Shown here piece after piece: positions 54,317-64,000 of a stretch of 64,000 bases of DNA. Numbering within the stretch: position 1 is the first letter of the stretch; every line of letters starts with the position of its first letter. The notes beneath the pieces were generated by a model that saw nothing but the letters and a program-made list of their open reading frames with translations, did not search any database and was not told the DNA's origin. Made by a program: the position numbers and the translations under genes. This stretch comes from Octopus vulgaris (Eukaryota): positions 118,730,001-118,794,000 of the forward strand of contig OX597821.1 in the NCBI GenBank assembly GCA_951406725.2, read 5' to 3'.

Positions 54317-54806
54317 TATGCGTATGTATATTTGAAAGAAGCGTGTATATTTACACAAGCACGCACATATATATACTTCTATATACATACACATACGAAC
54401 ATATATGAAAGAAATTTTTCTCACAAGCAATATTATCTATATTACAATCATAAGCATGAACATGACACCAACTATTACGTACATATATAGATAAGGTCTA
54501 CGCAGACCGTTTAAAGCAAGCAGTCAGAAGCACTCACGTGCACTCGTGCGTACACACACACATACACGCACACACACATACACACACATACATACACTTT
54601 TCCCGGCACAGACATGAACAATGATACCTCACTATCCAAACATATATGGACATTAAATTAATGAAATATTCGTGTAACCTTTAATTGAAAAAAACGTTTG
54701 TCAAACGCACAAACGTACAAAGGTGACTAGGAATCCTGCGAACTTTTTGCCAAAGAATTGTAGCACATTCTTACATCTTCAGAACCAAATTATGAAAGAA
54801 ACTCAT

Positions 54807-56149
54807 AGTTAGTCTCTCCATGCAACCAGAAAATCCGTACAACTCTAAAACACATTAAACTAAAATTTTTAATGGCTAAATATGAAAATACCTCACCACC
54901 TTCCTTCATCCATTCCACTTCATTATTGACTACCTCTACAATGCACATAAAAATTGGTATCACTGCTATGCACAAAACAAGTCCTGCAGATCGATGAAGC
55001 AACGTTGTAGCATATTTTCTGCATCATGCGAATGATGCGGTGCTTGTGGCAGCGTATTTCAAAGCAACCCCAATAATCAATTTCAGTTATGCCATTTATT
55101 TTGTTTATTTATTTTGTAGTTGTTCTCTGATCTGTCATAATTCTCCTAATATTTGGTTTAGTGTATGGAGACTACTACTGTAAGTAAACATTATACTAAG
55201 TAGGATCATACAAAGAAGGTGAACAGTGGGATGGCGTCACCTTCTAATGACTGCAGTAGGAGCAGCAGTTTAGAGGATTTTAAAGAAGATGAAAGAATTG
55301 TAACAGTGAAAGATGATAGATTTTGCAATACTAAATGTTGGTAGAATTGATATCAAAGAGAGCGAGTAAACAGAGGTATCCGAAACTAATCAAAGATCTG
55401 AAGAAATTGTGAAAGTGTGGGACACACACCTGTCTTATTAAAGCGTTTATGACAAGTCTCGTCAAATCTTTACATTTTTGAAGAATACACGATGCCAATT
55501 CATTCCAGTAACCATCGCTTTCTTAGAAAGCAGTTTGGGTGTCGAAACCAGAACATCAATAATCTCAGGAACAACTGTCAATAGTCTTTCACAATTTCTT
55601 CAGATCTTTGATTAGTTTCGGATATCTCTGTTTACTCGATCTCTTTGATATCAATTCTACCAACATTTAGTATTGCAAAATCTATCATCTTACACTGTTA
55701 CAATTCTTTCATCTTCTTTAAAATCCTCTCTAATGTTCTGGCTCAGTAGTATGGCAAGTCTTTATGAATAGACCCCATAATAGTCTGTAATTATTATTCT
55801 TTGTCATATCCTCTGGCTTGCATTCATACCACTTTCTTGCTACTTTGTACCTGTCCGTTTTTGTTAAGTCCAAATTTTGTTGAGTCCCTTTACATTAAAA
55901 GCATACTCTGGCAGGTCTTGTTTGCAGTTATTAAAAGGACAACGACAGGGTGGAGTCTGGTCCTCCACTTCATTGCCCTGTGAGCTTACCCTGTTGGGTG
56001 CAGTAGATCTGGTGTCTTGGACATCTAGGGGAGTTTTCCCGTTCGTACCGTTACTTGGGTTTGAAATTGTTATCGTTATAGCAAAGAATGATAATGATTT
56101 TTTACAGTTGTCTCCGTGGCTGTGTTTATTTGAGATTTTCACGTAAAGG
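54807..56149 (-). repeat. Left arm of 1.34-kb inverted duplication (contains decayed R4/Dong 3' end and an internal hairpin)
   Basis: Near-identical reverse complement of 58405-59750; mirrored ORFs in the track (54790-55002/59549-59752; 55877-56146/58408-58677). Confidence 0.92.
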
Positions 56150-56295
56150 ACCAACTCACTTTGTGCTGTTTTAATTACTGATAGAAAAATTAATAGTATA
56201 TATACACTAATGACATGCACTTTGCCATCAACTAGGCTTACTACTTAAACTGTTTTAAAAAATATATTTACCTTTCGTGCGCGTCCGTTCAGCTG

Positions 56296-56351
<56 letters not shown>

Positions 56352-56591
56352 GCATGTATAAATGTATGTGTGTGTGCGTGTATGTCTTTGTTTCTGTGTG
56401 TCTGGATATCGTAACATACAAAAAAATATGTTCTACTCATTAACGTACATAATTTGTGGCAAACATGAGAAATGTTTTCGTTTTGATTTGGATCGAAATC
56501 TCTTCCCCTTAATACTTCTGTGATATTTCATTTTATTGACTGAACATTTGACAAATTTCTTTCCTTTATTGCCTTTCTATTTTCTTTGTAG

Positions 56592-56980
56592 CTGTTGGTT
56601 GTCCGCACCATCTTTCTATGCTGCTTTCCTGGCTCCTGTTGCGATCAGTCTCATCTTCAACATTATCATGCCTTCTCTCGTTATCTGGCACCTTATAATG
56701 ATGCAAAGTAATAAGAGATCTGAGCAGGAAAGAAGTAAAGTACGTGTTTTGGGCCTGTTTGGTTTGCTGTTTTGGCTTGGACTCACATGGGTCTTTGCTT
56801 TCTTCGCTGTTAGCGAAGCAGCAAACGTGTTTGATTATCTTTTTACTATATTCAATACACTTCAAGGAATGTTTATCTTCGTATTCTATTGTATATACAA
56901 GAAAGATACAGGAAATATCATCAGGGAGTTTGTAAATGAAAGAAAGAGAATAAATCAATGGAAAATTACCGCCGGCAGAA
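56592..56980 (+). CDS. Adhesion/secretin-family (7tm_2) GPCR exon encoding ECL2 and TM5-TM7
   Basis: CWL...FYAAFLAPVAISLIFN...LLFWLGLTWVFAFF...FDYLFTIFNTLQGMFIFVFYCI. Polypyrimidine plus AG acceptor at 56590-56591; GTAAGT donor at 56981. Confidence 0.85.
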
Positions 56981-57100
56981 GTAAGTGCGATAGCTTTTAA
57001 AATTATCATATCGTAAGGTTGTGCTCCAGAATGGCCGCAGTCAAATGACTGAAACAAGTAAAAGAAAAGAAGAGTATATAAATATGTATATAGCTTACAG

Positions 57101-57291
57101 ATCCAACAGAGGAAGAATCAGCAGAAAAAGTCCCTCGTCAAGTGAGAGATAAATATCCATTTAAATACACAACCGAAAGAGCTACTAGTAGTTCCAAGAT
57201 TTTATCATACTTGACCAGGCATATTTACAAAATGTGCCATTTATTAGAAAGTAACCTTTCAGCCTCTGTTTATGCTTTAAATATATTTTGA
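57101..57291 (+). CDS. Putative final exon of the adhesion GPCR (cytoplasmic tail)
   Basis: cttacag acceptor at 57100; phase-1 compatible open frame NPTEEESAEKVPRQ... to TGA at 57289-57291. No homology recognised. Confidence 0.4.
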
Positions 57292-57461
57292 GAAGCAAGA
57301 ATGCTGGACAGTAAGAAAATAAGATAAAACACCGCAAAAATACTTGAAGAAAGAAGAAACGAAAGACAAATAATCAAGAAAACTAATATCCTCACCCACT
57401 CCACATTATTTTTTTTCTTATTTTCCTTGACTTTTTAAATATATTTAATGCTTAAACAGAT

Positions 57462-57680
57462 CCCTTTTTTACTATAGGCACAAAGCCTGGATTTTGTGGT
57501 GAGGGGTACAAAGTCGATTACATCGACCCCGGAGTTTCACTGGTACTTAATTTATCGACCCCGAAGGGATGAAAGGTAAAGTCAACCTCGGCGGAATTTG
57601 AACTCAGAACTTGAAGACAGAAGATATACCGCTTGGCGTTTCGCGCGGCACGCTAACAATTCAGCCAGCTCGTCACCTGG
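57462..57680 (-). mobile_element. tRNA-derived SINE with Nin/Deu-like core
   Basis: Reverse strand: ggtgacgagctggctgaattgttagcgtgccg...gttctgagttcaaattccgccgagg...ggggtcgataaattaagtaccagtg. Confidence 0.8.
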
Positions 57681-58404
57681 AAATGCAGGTAATACTCGTT
57701 TTGGGAAGCTGAGTTGACTGGGGGAACGTGAAATGAATTGTCTTAAATTAATGTGCTTAAAATTTAATATTTTGTTTTTTCAGGGAAACAATTAAGATTC
57801 AAATGAATTCAAATGAATATGATACTTAACTTAGATGCACCAGAATTCTTTATGGTATTAACCATAAAAATATCTGGGGTGATTATAGCCAAGAAAAAGG
57901 TAACACGAATAGATCAGTAATTCGGTACAATTGTTTCATACTTAGAACATTTTTATTTGAAGCTGCAAATATTAAAGCAAGTATTCATCAACCAAATCAC
58001 ATATATGTTTTCCAACCATCCTACAAAGCGTAAATATCCTTATGAAGCATTAGAACTACAGAAGTAAGGACAAAAAGTATGATCTTTCTTACGCTGAATC
58101 TTCACCGAGGAAATTACAAGTGAGCAATGGACTCTCTGGGAAGTCTTTTGGCATGATAGAAAGAGTAGTTACATCTCTTTCAAATCGCACTTAACATCGC
58201 AGAGAAAAGAAAAGATCAGATAGTGGGATTCTTTATGTGGATGTCCATGTGAACAGTGCGGGCAATTGGTGCCACCTCTGCCTTGCATACGCTGGTGTAA
58301 CCTTTCGTTTGAGGGAGGCTTGTAGCAAATTACACAGGGCGAACTTGGTGTCCCAAAACCTTGGCCGGCAATCACGTTACAGCTGGTGTTGTATCTGGGG
58401 TAGC

Positions 58405-59750
58405 CCTTTACATGAAAATCTCAAATAAACACAGCCACGGAGAAAACTGTAAGAAAGTATTACCATTCTTTGCATTAACGATAACAATTTCAAACCCAAG
58501 TAACGGTACGAGCGGGAAAACTCCCCTAGATGTCCAAGACACCAGATCTACTGCAACCAACAGGGTACGCTCAGAGGGCAATGAGGTGGAAGACCAGACT
58601 CTACCCTGTCGTTGTCCTTTTAATAACTGCAAACAAGACCTGCCAGAGTATGCTTTTAATGTAAAGGGACTCAACAAAATTTGGACTTAACAAAAACGGA
58701 CAGGTACAAAGTAGCAAGAAAGTGGTATGAATGCAAGCCAGAGGATATGACAAAGAATAATAATTACAGACTATTATGGGGTCTATTCATAAAGACTTGC
58801 CATACTACTGAGCCAGAACATTAGAGAGGATTTTAAAGAAGATGAAAGAATTGTAACAGTGTAAGATGATAGATTTTGCTATACTAAATGATGGTAGAAT
58901 TGATATCAAAGAGAGCGAGTGAACAGAGATATCCGAAACTAATCAAAGATCTGAAGAAATTGTGAAAGACTATTGACAGTTGTTCCTGTGATTATTGATG
59001 TTCTTGTTTCGACACCCAAACTGTTTTCTAAGAAAGCGATGGTTACTGGAATGAATTGGCATCGTGTATTCTTCAAAAATGTAAAGATTTGACGAGACTT
59101 GTCATAAACGCTTTAATAAGACAGGTGTGTGTCCCACACTTTCACAATTTCTTCAGATCTTTGATTAGTTTCGGATACCTCTGTTTACTCGCTCTCTTTG
59201 ATATCAATTCTACCAACATTTAGTATTGCAAAATCTATCATCTTACTCTGTTACAATTCTTTCATCTTCTTTAAAATCCTCTCAACTGCTGCTCCTACTG
59301 CAGTCATTAGAAGGTGACGCCATCCCACTGTTCACCTTCTTTGTATGATCCTACTTAGTATAATGTTTACTTACAGTAGTCTCCATACACTAAACCAAAT
59401 ATTAGGAGAATTATGACAGATCAGAGAACAACTACAAAATAAATAAACAAAATAAATGGCATAACTGAAATTGATTATTGGGGTTGCTTTGAAATACGCT
59501 TCCACAAGCACCGCATCATTCGCATGATGCAGAAAATATGCTACAACGTTGCTTCATCGATCTGCAGGACTTGTTTTGTGCATAGCAGTGATACCAATTT
59601 TTATGTGCATTGTAGAGGTAGTCAATAATGAAGTGGAATGGATGAAGGAAGGTGGTGAGGTATTTTCATATATAGCCATTAAAAAATTTAGTTTAATGTG
59701 TTTAAAGTTTAAAGTTGTACAGATTTTCTGGTTGCATGGAGAAACTAACT
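58405..59750 (+). repeat. Right arm of 1.34-kb inverted duplication
   Basis: Reverse complement of 54807-56149. Reads KWYECKPED...YRLLWG, IDFAILNDGRIDIKESE and TVVPVIID (decayed RLE). Confidence 0.92.
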
Positions 59751-60059
59751 GAATTATATGAATTGGTTGCAGCAGTTGGTCTTAGGAATAAATTCAAGTT
59801 GTGAGGACCAAACGAGGTTATGAGAGTGCCAGAAGTTCCAGAATTTCTCTAACATAGGAATTTCTCCCTGTAGAAAGTGTTGACGTGCTTATACAGATGT
59901 CGCAGAAAAATACCTCTTGCTATCAGTAGGATATGTTTTATACGCTTTATACGCACTTTTACCAAGTTGTGGTGCACCTGAGCACTGTATACATTGATTT
60001 CATTATTATTATTATTATCATCTGTTGTAGAATATTTACATTGCTTATAATGGACATGT

Positions 60060-60260
60060 GATGCGTATGAATGAGGACAGCTGCATAAAGAAGAGCTGAT
60101 CATTGAAAGTGGATGGTACCTGTGGAAGAGGGAGACCCAGGAAGACACGGCATCAAGTGATTAGGACTGATCTCAGGAAGTTGGCCCTCCCAGAAGAAAT
60201 GACCATGGACCAAGATGTCTGGCGATATGAATTCCTTGAGAAGACCCACCCACATCAGCA
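60060..60260 (+). mobile_element. RTE-like LINE 3' remnant
   Basis: Reads VDGTCGRGRPRKT, typical of the RTE C-terminus. Confidence 0.55.
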
Positions 60261-60958
60261 AAACTGAGTTCTGGAAGCGTTGTGTAGAGAACTTCTCCCA
60301 CATTCTGCCACAACGAACCAAACTACATCTCTACATCGCTTCCTCACATTTCTACTTCATGCTCTATGCTTACCTCCCACTCCCTAATCTTGTCCCCTTG
60401 ACCTGGTTCCACTTTACCATTGCCCTCTGCTTGACCCTGACCTGTGCGTTCTACCCACATGCCATGTCTCTATTATTGCCATCTGCCAGCCTCCGACCTG
60501 GGTGTTCCACACGTAACAAGAAAACTTGTCCTTCACCCTACCTCAACAAACCAATTTACATCTCTTTCTAGCATTTCTCCTTCATTCACTATGCCTAGAT
60601 CTCTCTGTCTCTCTCTCTCTCTCCCCTTGCCTAGCTCTCTTTCTCTCTCCTTGCTTAGCCCTCACTCCCCAGTTCTCTCCTCATACCCCCTGTATCCATG
60701 CATCGTTGCCATCCAGTAGCTCCTTCTTACATTATATATACCCAGGTCTTTCACCACTTACTTGCTCTCCCTTCACAATATCCGGTCACTTATATTATGG
60801 CATTTGAACCTCAAGGCTATGCCCTGGCACTTGCTGCTGTTTATATTTCTCTCTCTTCCTTCACTCAACCATCTCATTTATACTCTGAACTCCGTTCCTT
60901 GTGAGCATGACCAGCATTTTGCCATCATCTCCACCCTGCTGCCTCCCCACCCCCCACA

Positions 60959-60990
<32 letters not shown>

Positions 60991-61199
60991 TGCACTACCC
61001 TAAGGTTGAGCAACTGTGTATTTTCTTTGTGATAGCACACCTCTTTCTGTCTTCATTCGTGATCTTTCTCTCTCCGGCCGGGTAACCTTGTACTTCCTCT
61101 TCAGTAAGATGCCTATATATGTCTCATTATAACATTTTCATCATCACCTCCTCTCCTTTTAGATGTTTTTGTCATGCATGTACTTAGTCACCCTCTCAA

Positions 61200-61398
61200 T
61201 GCAGGTGCCACTTAAAAAGCACCCAGTCCACACGGTAAAGTGGTTGGTGTTCGGAAGGGTATCCAGCTGTAAAAACCTTGCCAAAACTGATCTCACCTGT
61301 GCTTGTGTCACATAAAATGCACTGAGTTCACTCTGCTGAGTGTTTGGTGCTGTGAAGGACATTCAGCTGTAAAAACCTTGCCAAAACCGACCTCACCT
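61200..61398 (+). repeat. Two tandem copies of a SINE/RTE-head-like fragment
   Basis: cagctgtaaaaaccttgccaaaac occurs at 61264 and 61364. Confidence 0.55.
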
Positions 61399-62173
61399 TT
61401 TAATTAATAAGTTACTGTTATCACTTTAGTTAGAATAAGTTTATAAGAAATTTGATACAAAATAATTTGTTTTAACATAAATAATTTTTAATTACATATT
61501 GATTTCAGAATAAAGAGTTTTGATCTAATTTGAATATTTTTTAAATATTTAATTTCAGAACAACTCTTATCACAGAAAACTACAATTCCAAACCCTGTTT
61601 CATTTCACTTAATTTTGCAAAGGAGAGTTTCCTCTCGCATGATTTTATTGACAAAAAGAAGTCCTTCTCAGAGGTTTCGTGTGTTTTACTTAGGATGTCA
61701 TCTGAGTTGATGGTGTTAAAGTCTTGGAATTTAATTGCAAATTGAAATGCAATAAAAGTCCAGTTGTATGAAATATTGTAGGGAAAAAAGGGTTCATTTC
61801 CTTTATCCGATGTTATTTGGAAAGAAGGGGTCATTGTGGCTTTTCTACAGTCACATGGAATTAAAATAAACAAATGTTGTGTCATTATTTCCAACAAGAC
61901 AAGAGTTTTTAACACAGTTTTATTTTTGGATTTTAAAATTTTGGATTTATTTTTAAGTGTATAATCACCTCCAATAAAGGGATTTCTTTGTGGTAGATAA
62001 TCTGCTAGAAGTAGTAGTCAAATCCACCACAATTCACACTTTGTCACCTTAAAGAAGAATACACTGGACAATGTTTTTCTGGCTCGTCTACATGAAGGAT
62101 AAAGACAGGATGGTCATGGCTAGAATGCGTTTGATCATAGATCACTGTTTGGTTGACATGAAACTAAACATTT

Positions 62174-62373
62174 TCATGGAAATTCACTGTCTAGATAATT
62201 TACTGCGTCAGTACAATCAAATAACTTAAGAGCATTTCTGAGTGTTTCGTGTTTCTTTCGATCACATCTCTTGAACCATCTGTTGAGCATCTCGAATCTC
62301 TGTTCATTAGTATCCTTTGGACAGTCACTGATGATAGTTTCCAGCTCAGTTTGTTTAATTCCTAATTCCCTTC
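62174..62373 (-). CDS. Terminal exon of a death-domain protein
   Basis: GRELGIKQTELETIISDCPKDTNEQRFEMLNRWFKR...LRNALKLFDCTDAVNYL fits DD helices 2-6. Acceptor ttttgtatgttttgcag; TGA at 62174-62176; AATAAA signals downstream near 61920-61950. Confidence 0.8.
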
Positions 62374-63449
62374 CTGCAAAACATACAAAAATAATAAATA
62401 ATTGCAACAACATTAAGAATAAAATAAGAGATGCATATTGCAGATTGTAATAAATATAACAACGATATTATATCGGGAGAGAAATTTAAAAAATAGGTAA
62501 GAAAAATGAAAAATATTAGACATTGTTCTCTATTTCTAGGAATGGTGATTAAAAGATAACAAAGAAATTGAAATAAAGGATTGAAATGGAGAAATGTTTT
62601 AAAAAGTATTGAAAATTACATTTGAGAGAATTTCTGGTAAAGAGATGGCAGGGAAAATGATTGTGTGGGTAATAGCGTATGAGAACCTAAAGAATCTATT
62701 AATATCACTCAAAGAGTCACATTATCTCATCCATCTATCCATTTTCTCTACCCTCTATTCATAAAAGGGTTGTGGGGGTAGAGTCGCCAGGGAACCCCCT
62801 TCAAAGTTACTTTCATATTACTGTCCAGTTGGATTCTCAAGCTTGACCAATTCTTTCTTGTGACAGTCTAATCTCATGTCCATAGAACTGGAATTGAGAC
62901 CCCTCAATTCAGGGAAATAGTAGCTCAACCTGGAGAGACTCCCAACTCTCTGAGCTGTGCACCTCCTTTTGAGTAACAGATACCATTTAAAGGAATCCCA
63001 TTTCAGCTGCTTTGAATCATCACCTGATCAATACCTGGAATAGTCATCAGTGATGTCTCTCCTACTTCTACTCTCACTAATTAACAATTAAAATATATCA
63101 ACATTTAGAAATAACTTGAACTATCAATACCAGTAATATTAGGTACACCTGGACCAATTAAAATACAAGTGAGCATGACACCAAAATGACCTTAATTACA
63201 CAAAATACAAAATATAATACTGTTAGGTACACAACACATATTTTAAAAGACACCAACTTAACCATGTTGGGTTCATGACTCGTAATAAGGATTTCTTTTA
63301 CTGGACCAATGCCACAATTTAGAGAGAATCCGATAATGGAGAGGTTTTAGAGTAAAGCTAGCAAAGAGAAGAGTTTTAGTTTTGTACGAAAGAAGTTTTG
63401 TAGGAAAGAAGACGGGGTCACAACCATCTACACCATACACATGTAGACG

Positions 63450-64000
63450 CTTAGGGACTGAAGGAATCACTGCATCTACCAACCTCTACATCATCTGGGG
63501 AAGTTACCATATTTCATAAAAAGGTAGAAGGGGTTAATAGGGATTCTATACTGTGTATTCAATGCACACAATGGGAGATCTGGGGTCAGAGGTAGGTTGA
63601 TGGAGAGGAAGGAGTTTGTGAGTAGTAGATATACAGGAATAGTTAGTTGTAAGAATAACTGTGAAAGGCATGGACGAGAGTTTCTGTTACCTAGGTGACA
63701 TAATTAGGAGTGGGAGAGACTACTCTGAAAGTAAGGTGATTAGAGAAAAAGCTGAGGTGGCAAAATGTACATGGAGCTGTTATCCCTACTGACAAATAAA
63801 GAATTCTCTTTCTGAATGAAGGGTAGATTGTATGATGTATATTTGTAAAGTGCAGCGATGCATTGAATGTGGAGGATGTATGAAAACTGGCAAGAAATGA
63901 GGTGAGAATACTTCACGAGAAATGTAATGTTAGTGTATTGGAATGCTGGAGAAAAGATGAGCTGGAAGAAAAACTGGGTCTCAGTAGAATCAGGGAATAA
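63450..64000 (+). mobile_element. Decayed RTE-like LINE fragment
   Basis: FCYLGD at about 63682 and ELLSLL...KGRLYD remnants. Confidence 0.55.

Noticed and set aside
55864-56220. 118-aa ORF with a signal-peptide-like start, mirrored at 58361-58690
   Set aside because: Lies mostly in the inverted-repeat arm over decayed LINE sequence. The two copies have unrelated N-termini, and the start is not ATG.
61580-61915. 111-aa ORF downstream of the death-domain exon
   Set aside because: No recognisable motif or ATG start; probably 3' UTR or intergenic.

Overview
Gene-poor, AT- and microsatellite-rich eukaryotic DNA. The repeat families look like those of a coleoid cephalopod, probably Octopus (inference). 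Most of the window is mobile DNA. The best-preserved element is a nearly intact Penelope-like retroelement (4.4-8.8 kb). Its RT and Zn-linker/GIY-YIG domains are in one frame, split by a single TAG. It has inverted pseudo-LTRs that each carry a variant hammerhead motif, and it is inserted in an (AT)n tract. Decayed L1/Tx1, RTE, CR1, R4/Dong and Hero-like LINEs, tRNA-derived SINEs and MITEs are also present. Two blocks (about 1-18 kb and 36-47 kb) form a composite tandem array of Tc1, mariner and RTE scraps, and they belong to a segmental duplication offset by about 36 kb. Only two host-gene pieces were recognised: adhesion-GPCR TM5-TM7 exon(s) enclosed by a 1.34-kb inverted repeat (54.8-59.8 kb), and a terminal death-domain exon (62.2-62.4 kb). 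A cluster of hammerhead-like motifs lies at 50.3-51.9 kb. Nearly all H/T/Y/I-rich and V/C/M/Y-rich ORFs in the track are microsatellite artefacts. Similarity levels were judged by eye, and boundaries of decayed elements are approximate.
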